Shown in pieces: positions 1-9,295 of a stretch of 56,376 nucleotides of DNA (positions are counted from its first letter, which is position 1; the number at the start of each line of letters is the position of its first letter). This DNA is from an uncultured Dehalococcoidaceae bacterium (GTDB lineage: Bacteria > Chloroflexota > Dehalococcoidia > Dehalococcoidales > RBG-16-60-22): positions 1 through 56,376 of the forward strand of contig CAZWYS010000002.1 in the NCBI GenBank assembly GCA_964638295.1. Reading direction: 5' to 3'. Position numbers and translations under genes: made by a program. The notes beneath the pieces are model-generated. The model was given only the letters and a program-made list of their open reading frames with translations. It ran no database searches and was not told the DNA's origin.

Positions 1-266
1 GCCAGGCTATAGAGCATTTCACCGAACCCAGAGGCGAATTTACTCTGGTTATTGAGGGCAATAAGAAGAACAAGCCGCAGTTGACCGAAGCTACTGAGAA
101 ACAGTTACATTATATGTATCTTTCCGGGGCAACCGCCAAAGAGGCGATAGCCAAAGTATCTGCGGAGACAGGTCTATCACGTAAAGAGCTGTACCGAGCC
201 TGGCTAAAGCTAGGCAAAGTCTGGGAGGTAAAAAGAGATTCTTGCCAAAGTTTGGAGAGGAGTTAA
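1..266 (+). CDS. rsmI: C-terminal fragment of 16S rRNA (cytidine1402-2'-O)-methyltransferase RsmI; the 5' end lies outside the window
   Basis: Frame 3 is open from the window edge. The tail ...PRGEFTLVIEG...AKEAIAKVSAETGLSRKELYRAWL resembles the RsmI C-terminus. Confidence 0.7.
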   Translation, partial: QAIEHFTEPRGEFTLVIEGNKKNKPQLTEATEKQLHYMYLSGATAKEAIAKVSAETGLSRKELYRAWLKLGKVWEVKRDSCQSLERS

Positions 267-269
267 TCA

Positions 270-488
270 ATGCGTCGTGGGTGTATATCATTAGGGGAAA
301 TCAAGTGCGATGAGTGTGACCGCCTTATACCCTATCCTGAACGCTACCTAGCCATTGACGAGAAGGATGGCGTTGAGGACGAAGAAGGTGAGACCAAACA
401 CTACTGCGTGGAATGCTGCCTGAAAAAAAACTATGCTCACTACAAAATGGAAAAGGGCGAGCAGGTACTGACCTTCTTCCAGGAATAA
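270..488 (+). CDS. Small hypothetical protein with two CxxC pairs (zinc-ribbon-like)
   Basis: 72-aa ORF starting 3 nt after the rsmI stop. It has CDEC...CVEC cysteine pairs and an acidic centre. No family recognised. Confidence 0.5.
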   Translation: MRRGCISLGEIKCDECDRLIPYPERYLAIDEKDGVEDEEGETKHYCVECCLKKNYAHYKMEKGEQVLTFFQE

Positions 489-517
489 GTGCTGATTCCA
501 GTTATTGAGGATAATTT

Positions 518-2194
518 ATGAGCGAAAGAATTTTTATCGGCGTTGCCTGGCCTTATGCCAACGGCTCACTGCACCTGGGGCAGATTGCCGGCGCCTATTT
601 GCCGCCGGACATTTTCGCCCGCTACCACCGCACCAAGGGCAACGAAGTGCTGATGGTGTCAGGCTCAGACCAGCATGGCACTCCCATAACTATCAAAGCA
701 GAGCAGGAGGGGAAAAAGCCGGGTGAAATAGCCGCCCGCTACCATCAACAGTTTCTTGAATCATGGCAGAAGCTCGGTATTTCCTTTGATTTATTTACCA
801 CGACTGGTACCGCCAACCACGCTCAGGTAACCCAGGATATCTTCCTCACGCTTCTTGATAAAGGCTATATTTACAAGAACACGGTATCTCAACCCTTTTG
901 TCCCCAGTGCCAGCGTTTTCTGGCCGACCGCTATATTGAGGGCACGTGCCCGCACTGTGACGCTTCCGGAGCCAGAGGCGACCAGTGTGAAGCCTGCGGC
1001 AAGCCGCTAAGTCCCGCCGAGCTGATTGACCCTCAATGCCGTATCTGCGGGGCGACACCTGTTTTCAAGGATACCGAGCACTTCTTTTTAAAGCTTCCTG
1101 CCTTTAACGACCAGCTCCTAGCCTGGATAAAAAAGCAGACCCACTGGCGACCGAACGTCCTTCACTTTTCCCGGCGCTATCTGGAGGAGGGGCTTAAAGA
1201 CAGGGCAATTACCCGCGATATTGATTGGGGAGTACCGGTACCAGTCGCCGGCTTTGAAGACAAGCGCATCTATGTCTGGTTCGAGGCAGTCATCGGCTAT
1301 CTATCTGCCGCCAAGGAATGGGCAGCCTCCAGCGGCGACGGAGAAAAATGGCGCGCTTTCTGGCAAGACCGTACCACAAAAAGCTATTACTTTATCGGCA
1401 AGGATAATATTCCTTTTCACACCCTTATCTGGCCAGCCATGCTGCTGGGCTATGGCGACAATTTAAACCTGCCCTATGACGTACCGGCCAATGAATTTTT
1501 GACCATTGAAGGCAGGAAGCTTTCCACCAGTCGCAACTGGGCAGTCTGGCTACTTGATTATCTCTCAAGCTATGACCCTGACCCACTGCGCTTTCTGCTC
1601 TCCATTAATATGCCCGAAACCGCCGATACTGACTTTTCCTGGCGTGAGTTTGTGCGCCGCAACAATGACGAGCTGGTTGCCACCTACGGCAATCTGGTTC
1701 ACCGGGTGCTTACCTTTGTCTACCGCAACTTTGATGGCTGTGTGCCAACGGCGGGGGAACTTGATAGCCAGGACAAGGCAATTATCAATGCGGCAAAGGA
1801 TGCTCTTGAAACGGTGGACGGTCTTCTTCACGGCTGCCATTTTAGAGAAGCAATGAGAGTTACCATGTCTTTAGCCCAGGAGGCAAATCGCTACCTTGAT
1901 GAGAAGTCGCCCTGGAAAGTAATTAAAGAAGACCGGCAGTCGGCTGCCAAATCTTTGTATGCCGCTCTCTGTGTAATTGCCGACCTGAAAACGATGCTCT
2001 ATCCCTTCTTACCCTTTAGCTCTCAGAAGCTCCATGAGTTTCTCGGGTTTACCGGCAATATTGAGGATTGCGGCTGGCAGTCAAACGCACCACCACCGGG
2101 ACAGAAGTTACTTCCTCCCCAACCCCTGTTTTCCAAACTGGATGACAGCTTGATAGAGGAAGAAACCCAAAAACTGGGGCAAGCCCATGACTAG
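518..2194 (+). CDS. metG: Methionine--tRNA ligase, short form without the C-terminal tRNA-binding domain
   Basis: 558 aa. HIGH-like SLHLGQ, KMSKS-like KLSTS, and four CxxC zinc knuckles (CPQC, CPHC, CEAC, CRIC). Confidence 0.95.
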   Translation: MSERIFIGVAWPYANGSLHLGQIAGAYLPPDIFARYHRTKGNEVLMVSGSDQHGTPITIKAEQEGKKPGEIAARYHQQFLESWQKLGISFDLFTTTGTANHAQVTQDIFLTLLDKGYIYKNTVSQPFCPQCQRFLADRYIEGTCPHCDASGARGDQCEACGKPLSPAELIDPQCRICGATPVFKDTEHFFLKLPAFNDQLLAWIKKQTHWRPNVLHFSRRYLEEGLKDRAITRDIDWGVPVPVAGFEDKRIYVWFEAVIGYLSAAKEWAASSGDGEKWRAFWQDRTTKSYYFIGKDNIPFHTLIWPAMLLGYGDNLNLPYDVPANEFLTIEGRKLSTSRNWAVWLLDYLSSYDPDPLRFLLSINMPETADTDFSWREFVRRNNDELVATYGNLVHRVLTFVYRNFDGCVPTAGELDSQDKAIINAAKDALETVDGLLHGCHFREAMRVTMSLAQEANRYLDEKSPWKVIKEDRQSAAKSLYAALCVIADLKTMLYPFLPFSSQKLHEFLGFTGNIEDCGWQSNAPPPGQKLLPPQPLFSKLDDSLIEEETQKLGQAHD

Positions 2195-2210
2195 TTGATA
2201 AGGAGTTATT

Positions 2211-3185
2211 TTGGAGCTCAGCGCAATTTACCAGCCCATCCAGGATGATTTAGTCAAAGTAAAGGACAGCTTAAGGTCAATAATTGAAGTTGACTTTCCC
2301 TGGCTGTCCGAGCAATTGGGTCTTGTGGTGCGGGGCGGCGGCAAAGGAATTAGGCCAGCGCTTACGCTACTTGCCGGCAATTTTTATCACTACAAGCTCA
2401 AATATCTCCTGCCGATGGCGGCTTCCGTTGAGCTGATGCACACGGCGACGCTGGTTCATGACGACGCTATTGATAAGTCCATAACCCGCCGTGGTGAGCC
2501 CACGATTTACAATCTATGGGGTGAGGAACCGGCCGTCCTCATGGGCGACTATTTATTTGCCAAGGCGGGAGAATTTGTCGCTGACACGCAAAATTGCAGG
2601 GTAATCAAGCTCTTTTCTCAAACCCTGGCCACTATTTCCAGCGGAGAACTCAGACAATTTCTCAGTGCTTTCAAAGTGGAACAGACGCAAGAGGATTATT
2701 TTCGTAGAATCTCCAGCAAAACCGCTTCCCTATTTTCCCTGTCCACAGAGTCGGGAGCTATTTTAAGCGGGGCTCCAGAAGAGTCGGTTAAGGCACTGAA
2801 GGAGTATGGTTATAACGTTGGTATCGCCTTCCAGATTGTGGATGATATTCTAGATTTTACCAGTACCGAGGAGGAGTTAGGTAAACCGGTAGGTTCAGAT
2901 TTGGCTCAGGGCACGCTTACCATGCCGGCAATGCTCCTCCTGAAGTACTACCCCGATAACAACCCGGTAAAAAATTTATTTGAAAACAAGAATAACAGGG
3001 ACGAGCAGAAAAACATAGAGCGGGCGATAGAACTAGTCCGTGATTCTTCAATTGTTGAGGAGTGCTATTCTGCGGCCGCAGGTTATTGCGCCAAGGCTCG
3101 CCAGAACCTCGTCGGTCTGCCTGAGAACACCACTCATCAGGCATTAACCAAATTAACCAGTTACATTGTAGAACGAAAAAATTAA
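2211..3185 (+). CDS. trans-Polyprenyl diphosphate synthase (hepta/octaprenyl type)
   Basis: TTG start, 324 aa. Both Asp-rich motifs are present (LVHDDAIDKS and QIVDDILDF). Confidence 0.9.
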   Translation: MELSAIYQPIQDDLVKVKDSLRSIIEVDFPWLSEQLGLVVRGGGKGIRPALTLLAGNFYHYKLKYLLPMAASVELMHTATLVHDDAIDKSITRRGEPTIYNLWGEEPAVLMGDYLFAKAGEFVADTQNCRVIKLFSQTLATISSGELRQFLSAFKVEQTQEDYFRRISSKTASLFSLSTESGAILSGAPEESVKALKEYGYNVGIAFQIVDDILDFTSTEEELGKPVGSDLAQGTLTMPAMLLLKYYPDNNPVKNLFENKNNRDEQKNIERAIELVRDSSIVEECYSAAAGYCAKARQNLVGLPENTTHQALTKLTSYIVERKN

Positions 3186-3193
3186 CCCATCAG

Positions 3194-3604
3194 TCATCTT
3201 GGTTCATCCACCCAAACGCTGCCGTCCTGATAGGTTTCCTTCTTCTTTGTCGGTAACTTTTGCTTGAACCGGTCAATAGCATACTGGCAGGCGTCAAGCC
3301 CCTCCCTGCGATGGGGTGAAGCGATAGCGACCACCAGATTAATATCCCCGACTTTCAGTTTGCCTACTCTATGGCATATGGCTACATTATCAACCGGCCA
3401 CTTTTGTTTGATTTCGTCAGCTATTTCCTGCAGCCTTTTCTCCGCCTGCCCCTCCACATCTTCATATTCCACTGATGTAACTGGCTTACTGTGTGAGTAG
3501 TCACGGATTAACCCGATATAGGTAACCACACAACCACTGCTATCGGCTTTAACCTTATTAACCACAAGTTCCGGGGAAATGGGTTTTTCGGTAATCTCAA
3601 TCAT
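3194..3604 (-). CDS. moaE: Molybdopterin synthase catalytic subunit MoaE
   Basis: 136 aa with a MoaE-like sequence (GCVVTYIGLIRD..., VAIASPHRREGLDACQYAIDRFK). No moaD is adjacent. Confidence 0.8.
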   Translation of the reverse strand: MIEITEKPISPELVVNKVKADSSGCVVTYIGLIRDYSHSKPVTSVEYEDVEGQAEKRLQEIADEIKQKWPVDNVAICHRVGKLKVGDINLVVAIASPHRREGLDACQYAIDRFKQKLPTKKKETYQDGSVWVDEPR

Positions 3605-3669
3605 GCCAGTTTCTTTTGGAAAACACGGTTAAATCCCCCGCCAAGAATTTTAAGAGAACCCCTGGCTTC

Positions 3670-5607
3670 TTAATCGGATGGGGCGGGGGTATGTTTCGGG
3701 ACAAGGCGGGGTACCGCCGGAGCCTCTTTCCGTTTGGGCTGAGGCTCGGCTTCAGCTACCGGTTCTATTGGTACCGGTGTGGGCTTGGTCGTGACTTTCT
3801 TAGTAGCCCTGGGAGCTGTTTCACTGAAAACTGCTTCCAGTTCTTCGCCCTCCAGCGTCTCTTGAGCCACCAGTTTCTCAGCCAGAAGCACCAGTTTTGA
3901 CTTATTTTCAGTTAAAATTTTCCTTGACGCTTCCTGAGCTTGCTGGATGAGATTATGAACTTCATCGTCAATCTGTTCGGCTATTTTGTCGCTGTAGTCC
4001 CTCTGTTCGGAAATTTCACGGCCGAGAAAGACCATCTCCTCTTTGTGACCGAAGGTCCGTGGCCCCAGCTTATCACTCATGCCGAAGTTGGTTACCATCG
4101 CCCGAGCCAGCTTGGTGGCTTGTTCAATATCATTTTGCGCCCCGGTGGTCATTTCACTGAAGATTAGCTCCTCCGCAGTATGTCCACCGAGGAGAGTAGC
4201 CAACATATCCTTGAATTGAGAGCGCGTCATAAGATACCGGTCTTCAATGGGCAACTGCCGGGTGTGACCAAGAGACATCCCTCGGGCCACTATTGATATT
4301 TTATGTACCGGGTCGGCATTGGGCAGCATCCTGGCAACCAAAGCGTGTCCGGCTTCATGGTAAGCAGTAATTTCTTTTTCCTTCGGGTTTATCTTGCGGC
4401 TTTTTCTCTCCGGTCCAGCAATTACCCGGTCGACAGACTCTTCAAACTCTTCCATACTGATAGCTTTTTTGTTCCGCCGGGCAGCAAGGATAGCGGCTTC
4501 ATTGATCAGGTTAGCCAGGTCAGCGCCACTCAGCCCAACCGTCCCCTTTGCCAGCACTTCCAGGTCAACATCCTTATCCAGTGGCTTCCCGTTGGCATGA
4601 ACCTCAAGAATAGCAAGACGTCCACTAATATCGGGCCGGTCAAGAATTACCCGCCGGTCAAAACGTCCGGGGCGAAGCAGAGCCGGGTCAAGTATATCCG
4701 GCCGATTGGTCGCTGCCATAACAATCACACTGGTACTGGTATCGAAACCATCCATCTCCACCAGAATCTGATTAAGCGTTTGCTCCCGCTCGTCATGGCT
4801 GCCCCCCAGCCCAGAGCCACGGTGACGCCCTACGGCATCAATCTCGTCAATAAAGATGATACACGGGGCATTGCGCTTAGCCTGGTCAAACAGGTCGCGC
4901 ACCCTGGAGGCACCGACGCCAACAAACATCTCGACGAATTCACTGCCGCTGATGGAGAAGAACGGTACATCGGCTTCACCAGCTACCGCCCGAGCCATCA
5001 ATGTCTTACCGGTACCGGGCGGACCAATCAGCAACACGCCTTTTGGAATACGCGCTCCCAGATTCTGGAACTTTTCACGTGCCTTGAGGAACTCCACTAC
5101 TTCCTGCAAGTCCTGCTTGGCTTCCTCTACCCCAGCGACATCGGCAAAAGTTACGGTAGCCCGGTTAGCCGCAAACAGTCGGGCCCGGCTACGGCCAAAA
5201 CTCATTGCCTGGCTATTGGCCCCGCGCGCCTGGCGGAAGAGAAAGAATAATAAGCCGCCAAAAATCAAAAGAGGCAGGAAATTAAGCATCAGCCCACCCC
5301 AGTTAATCCCGGATGACCCCTTTATGTTAACGACTACCCCTTCAAGGCTAAGTCCCTGAATATCATAGATACTGGCGTTGCTTTCTTTAAATGTTCTTAG
5401 CTTGGTATCATCAACCGTAGTAATAAGCAGCGTATCCTCTTCCACCTCAATCTCGGCTATCTCCTTATTCTGTGACATAGCGATAACTTCACTCAACGGG
5501 ACTTCTTCAGGTTTATTCGCCGAGGGCAGAAGGTAGGAAAAAAGAGCCACCGCCGCCAGTAGAATGGCGATATATATTAAACTGCTACGTTTCCAACTCG
5601 GTTTCAC
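3670..5607 (-). CDS. ftsH: ATP-dependent zinc metalloprotease FtsH
   Basis: GTG start, 645 aa. N-terminal TM helices, Walker [12 protein letters not shown] second region of homology, and HEAGH zinc site. Pro-rich C-terminal tail. Confidence 0.97.
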   Translation of the reverse strand: MKPSWKRSSLIYIAILLAAVALFSYLLPSANKPEEVPLSEVIAMSQNKEIAEIEVEEDTLLITTVDDTKLRTFKESNASIYDIQGLSLEGVVVNIKGSSGINWGGLMLNFLPLLIFGGLLFFLFRQARGANSQAMSFGRSRARLFAANRATVTFADVAGVEEAKQDLQEVVEFLKAREKFQNLGARIPKGVLLIGPPGTGKTLMARAVAGEADVPFFSISGSEFVEMFVGVGASRVRDLFDQAKRNAPCIIFIDEIDAVGRHRGSGLGGSHDEREQTLNQILVEMDGFDTSTSVIVMAATNRPDILDPALLRPGRFDRRVILDRPDISGRLAILEVHANGKPLDKDVDLEVLAKGTVGLSGADLANLINEAAILAARRNKKAISMEEFEESVDRVIAGPERKSRKINPKEKEITAYHEAGHALVARMLPNADPVHKISIVARGMSLGHTRQLPIEDRYLMTRSQFKDMLATLLGGHTAEELIFSEMTTGAQNDIEQATKLARAMVTNFGMSDKLGPRTFGHKEEMVFLGREISEQRDYSDKIAEQIDDEVHNLIQQAQEASRKILTENKSKLVLLAEKLVAQETLEGEELEAVFSETAPRATKKVTTKPTPVPIEPVAEAEPQPKRKEAPAVPRLVPKHTPAPSD

Positions 5608-5644
5608 TCTTCACCTCTGATTTTCAGCTTAGCCTCCAAAATTT

Positions 5645-5653
5645 ATTATAGCA
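5645..5653 (-). promoter_or_regulatory. Candidate extended -10 promoter element for ftsH (TGCTATAAT)
   Basis: The minus strand reads CTGCTATAATAAAT about 40 nt upstream of the GTG start. RBS GAGGTGA follows. Confidence 0.35.
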
Positions 5654-5685
5654 GAACAACACCAAATAAGAAAATCAGCCCGCTC

Positions 5686-6513
5686 CTAGAGGCTATTATA
5701 AGTTGCCTGCAGAAGCATGGCATCCTTTTCCAGATTGGGACTCTCGCAGATAACCATGCCCCTGACATCATAATCCTTCAGGGCGGCGAGGAGTTCAGCA
5801 TAGTGGAAGTCTGATTCTTCCAAGTCCAGGTGCTTTAATTCTCCCTTTTTACCGTAATGAATCCCGGAAACATGGATATGCATATTACTCAGGGCGCTGC
5901 TGCCTAACCGCTCTCTGATCTGGAGCAAAATAGAGGCAAACTCCGAATAGGAATTGAACTCTCCGGTCCGGGCATGCCAGTGAGCAAAGTCAATACAGGG
6001 GGCTGCCCCTTCAAGCTCAGCGCTAAGACTTAACACCTCCTCCACAGTTCCGAACTGAGTGCCTTTACCGGTAACTTCCAGCCTGATACACACCGGGTTA
6101 TTTTCCCGCTTTAGCTGGTTCAAGACTTCTTCCAGATGTTTTTTAACCGCATGGTAGACGTTTTCCGGAGGGTCACCAAGATAAAAGGCGGGGTGGAAAA
6201 CCACGCTTTCAGCATGGCACAGCGCCGCAATGCGAGCGGTTTGCAGAATCCGGTCCTGGCTGGCCCTTATCTTTTCCAGCTCGTGGGCGTTAAGGTTGAT
6301 AAAATATGGAGCGTGAGCCGACAACCTGACGCCTTTTTGGGTAGCCACGTCAGCAACCAGGCGAGCCGCCCCCTCACCCATCTTCACTCCCCGGACAAAT
6401 TCAACCTCCATGCAGCCGAGCCCCAGTTCGGCAATGCGCTCAATACCGCCGATAGTGGATTGAGGCTTAGCGCTGTGGGGAGTACCTGCGGTTCCAAAAA
6501 GCAAGCCAGCCAT
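5686..6513 (-). CDS. Xylose-isomerase-like TIM-barrel protein, AP endonuclease family 2 (endonuclease IV-like)
   Basis: Motifs LSAHAPYFINL, VVFHP, IRLEVTG, IDFAHWHA and HIHVSG. Start placed at MAGLLFGTAG because the longer ORF (to 6564) runs into the tRNA gene. Confidence 0.7.
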   Translation of the reverse strand: MAGLLFGTAGTPHSAKPQSTIGGIERIAELGLGCMEVEFVRGVKMGEGAARLVADVATQKGVRLSAHAPYFINLNAHELEKIRASQDRILQTARIAALCHAESVVFHPAFYLGDPPENVYHAVKKHLEEVLNQLKRENNPVCIRLEVTGKGTQFGTVEEVLSLSAELEGAAPCIDFAHWHARTGEFNSYSEFASILLQIRERLGSSALSNMHIHVSGIHYGKKGELKHLDLEESDFHYAELLAALKDYDVRGMVICESPNLEKDAMLLQATYNSL

Positions 6514-6540
6514 TTTTCCGCACCGTCCCAAAACTACCCG

Positions 6541-6612
6541 AGCCAGCGAATGGATTCGAACCATCGACCGGCGGTTTACGAAACCGCTGCTCTACCCCTG
6601 AGCTACGCTGGC
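6541..6612 (-). tRNA. tRNA-Thr, anticodon CGU; CCA not encoded
   Basis: The minus strand GCCAGCGTAGCTCAGGGGTAGAGCAGCGGTTTCGTAAACCGCCGGTCGATGGTTCGAATCCATTCGCTGGCT folds as a 72-nt cloverleaf. It has a 7-bp acceptor stem, GCTC/GAGC D stem, GCGGT/ACCGC anticodon stem with loop TTCGTAA, and a T loop TTCGAAT. Confidence 0.9.
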
Positions 6613-6621
6613 TTCATCTTA

Positions 6622-6630
6622 AGTATAGCA
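6622..6630 (-). promoter_or_regulatory. Candidate extended -10 element (TGCTATACT) for tRNA-Thr
   Basis: Lies 9 nt upstream of the mature tRNA 5' end on the minus strand. Confidence 0.35.
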
Positions 6631-6782
6631 CAAACTAGATAGCCCATAAATTGACTGGCTTCCAAATGAAAACAAGTGCCACTTATACCCCACTGGGAAG
6701 CGGAAAGATAAGTATAATGCCTACATCAGATACGTTTACAGGATATAAGGTTATGCAGGTATTTGCCTGTTACCAAACAGGA

Positions 6783-7154
6783 CTACGGGCGGTAGGCAAT
6801 GGCTTCTATTTCAACCAGTACCTCAGGGCGTGCTAAAGCAGCGACGACCACCGTTGAACGTGCCGGGTAGTCTTCGGTAAAGGAGCTTTTGTAGACTTCG
6901 TTCATCTTGGCGAAATCATTAACATTTACCAAGAAAACGGTGACCTTTACTACATCACTCATAGATGCCCCGGCTTCTTTTAAAAGGCCTTTCATGTTCT
7001 CCATAGCCTGTCTGGTCTGGGCCTCTATGCCTTTTAGCTCATTGCCTTTGTCATCTACGGAACCAATTTGACCCGAGAGGAAAATATAGGCGCCAGCTTT
7101 CGTAGCTTTTGCGATAGGTACTCCTGGTATGGTACCGATAATCTGTTTGGGCAT
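6783..7154 (-). CDS. RidA/YjgF-family reactive-intermediate deaminase
   Basis: 123 aa. Typical family sequence (GAYIFLSGQIG..., YPARSTVVVAALARPEVLVEIEAIA). Confidence 0.9.
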   Translation of the reverse strand: MPKQIIGTIPGVPIAKATKAGAYIFLSGQIGSVDDKGNELKGIEAQTRQAMENMKGLLKEAGASMSDVVKVTVFLVNVNDFAKMNEVYKSSFTEDYPARSTVVVAALARPEVLVEIEAIAYRP

Positions 7155-7243
7155 AATAAACCTCCATTTTTAATCTTATATTCTAGCAGAATCCCCGGCG
7201 GTGTGTAAACCGCTGAACATCTGGCACACCATCCATTTCGGAT

Positions 7244-7273
7244 TTGACACAGGAAGAAAAGCAATGCTATGAT
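7244..7273 (+). promoter_or_regulatory. Candidate promoter TTGACA-N18-TATGAT with TG extension (TGCTATGAT)
   Basis: Seen in the divergent RidA/M42 gap. Its -10 covers the ATG at 7269, which supports 7317 as the real peptidase start. Confidence 0.45.
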
Positions 7274-7316
7274 TGCTGTTCAAACGAATTCAAGAGGTGT
7301 AAAAGGGGGTGTGAAA

Positions 7317-8351
7317 ATGATTGGCGATTTAGTTTTCGAGTTAATACAGATTCCGGGACCATCGGGATTTGAGGGACGGGTAGCCAATCGGCTCAAGGAA
7401 CTGCTGGAGGGCTACGCCGATGAAATCAATATTGATAAGATGGGCAATCTCATCGCCAGGAAGAAAGGTACTGAGGGAAAACACTCGCTGGCGCTGGTCG
7501 CCCATATGGACCAGGTCAGCATGGTGGTGCAGAAAGTTGACGAATACGTCTGGTTTGACAAACTGGGCTGGATTGACTTTCGCAATCTGCCCAGCACCCC
7601 GGTGCTCATCCTGGGTGCCGAGCGGGATATTCCCGGCGTGGTTTGCGCCAGCAGTGCTCATTTCGCGGGCGGTGGTGAAATAACGCTGTGGATAGACGTC
7701 GGTGACCAGCAGAAGTTCGTTTCGGTAGGCGACCCCATCGTTTTTGCCTCACCATCACGGTGGCTGGATGATAATAAAACGATACTGGCCAGCCATTCTA
7801 TTGATGACCGAGTCGGCTGTGCCATCATGGTTGAGGTAGCCCGAAGGCTGACCAAGGCACCAAGGCACGACATCTATTTTGTTGGCTCGGTCCAAGAAGA
7901 GATAGGTAGCTTCGGTATCAGGCACGTTCTCAGGCAGATTACGCCAGACTGGCTTATCGCCCTGGATACCGGTTTTGCTCAGGATGCGATTCCTGACATC
8001 AACAAGACCTTTCCCATGCGCACAGGCCTGGGGGTGCGCCGGCTCTCTTTCGCCCAGCCCGCCGATAGAATCTATCCGGCAGTGGTAAATTTTGCCAGCC
8101 CACGACTGAATAAGCTACTCATAGACACCGCCAAGAAACTGAACATCCCCTTTCACGTCGACGTAGCCACCAGGACATTTGCTGACCATAGCATCGCTTA
8201 CGATGAAAACCCGGAAATGGACTCCACCATTATGTCAGTAGCCAGGAGATACTGTCATTCACCCTCTGAAGTGGCAGATATGAGCAATGCCGAGCGCGCC
8301 GTGGATGTCCTCTGCCAGGCAATCGCCGATATGGGTCACTGGGACGAGTAG
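7317..8351 (+). CDS. M42-family metallo-aminopeptidase (FrvX / glutamyl aminopeptidase-like)
   Basis: Metal-site motifs VAHMDQV, SIDDRVGC, SVQEEIGSFG and IALDTG. RBS AAAGGGGG lies upstream of the ATG at 7317. Confidence 0.85.
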   Translation: MIGDLVFELIQIPGPSGFEGRVANRLKELLEGYADEINIDKMGNLIARKKGTEGKHSLALVAHMDQVSMVVQKVDEYVWFDKLGWIDFRNLPSTPVLILGAERDIPGVVCASSAHFAGGGEITLWIDVGDQQKFVSVGDPIVFASPSRWLDDNKTILASHSIDDRVGCAIMVEVARRLTKAPRHDIYFVGSVQEEIGSFGIRHVLRQITPDWLIALDTGFAQDAIPDINKTFPMRTGLGVRRLSFAQPADRIYPAVVNFASPRLNKLLIDTAKKLNIPFHVDVATRTFADHSIAYDENPEMDSTIMSVARRYCHSPSEVADMSNAERAVDVLCQAIADMGHWDE

Positions 8352-8404
8352 GCAGCGGTAAGAGTAACGCAAGAACCCTTGGTAAAATTCCGGCGCACTT
8401 TTGA

Positions 8405-8454
8405 GCCGGAAGGTCAGAGTCCTCTGCCTCACTTCCTGAGAACCTGGCTTTTTT
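8405..8454 (+). terminator. Possible intrinsic terminator after the M42 peptidase gene
   Basis: Imperfect stem GCC-gga-AGGTCAG ... CTGA-gaa-CCTGGC followed by TTTTTT. Confidence 0.35.
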
Positions 8455-8538
8455 ATGTTCAATGATACATCTGTAAAATCAGGCGTCTCAGTCCCAAAAT
8501 CCTATCACCAAGACAACGTGGCTATTCAGCGTGATAAA

Positions 8539-8566
8539 GTAGTAGAATAAAAGTAGTAGAATAAAA
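8539..8566. repeat. Perfect tandem duplication of the 14-mer GTAGTAGAATAAAA
   Basis: Two adjacent identical copies plus a partial third (GATAGTAGCAAG), about 95-120 nt upstream of the CDS starting at 8661. Confidence 0.6.
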
Positions 8567-8660
8567 GATAGTAGCAAGTTAGAAGTGATTAACGCAACTC
8601 TCCGAGGCACCAAACAAGATAACAGCCGGTATCATTTAGATAGAGAAAAGGAGGTGCTAG

Positions 8661-9230
8661 ATGGCGCGTATAGATTCGGTGGCAGCGGAAAGAGAAGCAG
8701 TACTTGAAGTAGCCAGATTGATGGCTATAAGCGCCCGAACCGCCCCCAAAACCAGGGGCCTGGACTCAATTAAAACGCTCATCCTGCACGAAAGGGAGGA
8801 ACTGGAGAAACTGGCCGCAGCCATGGAGGAAATCTCCCGTGAGGACCCGGAAAGGCTCGCCTTTTTTCAACGAAATGCCGAGCATGTCAGACAATCGGCG
8901 GCGGTACTGCTTATAGGCGTCACCGGCGAGCCCAAGCGGATGGCGGACCCGCTGAACTGCGGCGCCTGCGGTCTGAACTGCACCGCCATGGTGAAAGCAA
9001 AGAAGATAGACCAGGGCATGATGCGCGGCCCCATGTGCCACATGCAGAGCCTAGACCTAGGCATTGCCCTCGGCTCGGCAGTCAAAACCGCCAGCGAACT
9101 CAACATTGACAACCGTATTATGTATTCCATCGGCGCCACCGCCCGCAGAACCAAGCTCATGGACGCTGACCTTGTTATGGGCATACCACTATCGGTAACC
9201 GGCAAAAATATATATTTTACCGGCAGCTAG
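8661..9230 (+). CDS. DUF2148-like protein with a ferredoxin-type cysteine cluster (COG4739-like)
   Basis: 189 aa. RBS AAGGAGG. Cys cluster NCGACGLNC...CHMQ. Family assignment is from memory of the DUF2148 pattern. Confidence 0.5.
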   Translation: MARIDSVAAEREAVLEVARLMAISARTAPKTRGLDSIKTLILHEREELEKLAAAMEEISREDPERLAFFQRNAEHVRQSAAVLLIGVTGEPKRMADPLNCGACGLNCTAMVKAKKIDQGMMRGPMCHMQSLDLGIALGSAVKTASELNIDNRIMYSIGATARRTKLMDADLVMGIPLSVTGKNIYFTGS

Positions 9231-9295
9231 TTAAGACGGTTTTTGGTTCCTGCTTTCACTCTTGAAGGCAAGATAATAATATAGAGAGGTATGAT

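Noticed and set aside
4303-5250. 315-aa ORF on the plus strand opposite ftsH, plus shorter ones at 3940-4167, 4394-4600 and 4856-5359
   Set aside because: It lies entirely antisense to a well-conserved gene. It has low-complexity Ser/Pro/Arg-rich composition, no RBS and no recognisable domain. This is a shadow ORF.
6514-6564. N-terminal extension of the TIM-barrel ORF (MVRIHSLARVVLGRCGK)
   Set aside because: These codons are the reverse complement of the tRNA-Thr T-arm and acceptor stem. The conserved protein starts at MAGLLFGTAG.
8539-8566. Tandem repeats at 8539-8566, 47027-47052 and 51888-51914 considered as a minimal CRISPR or satellite
   Set aside because: There are only two units each, they are directly adjacent with no spacers, the units are 13-14 nt, and there are no cas genes.
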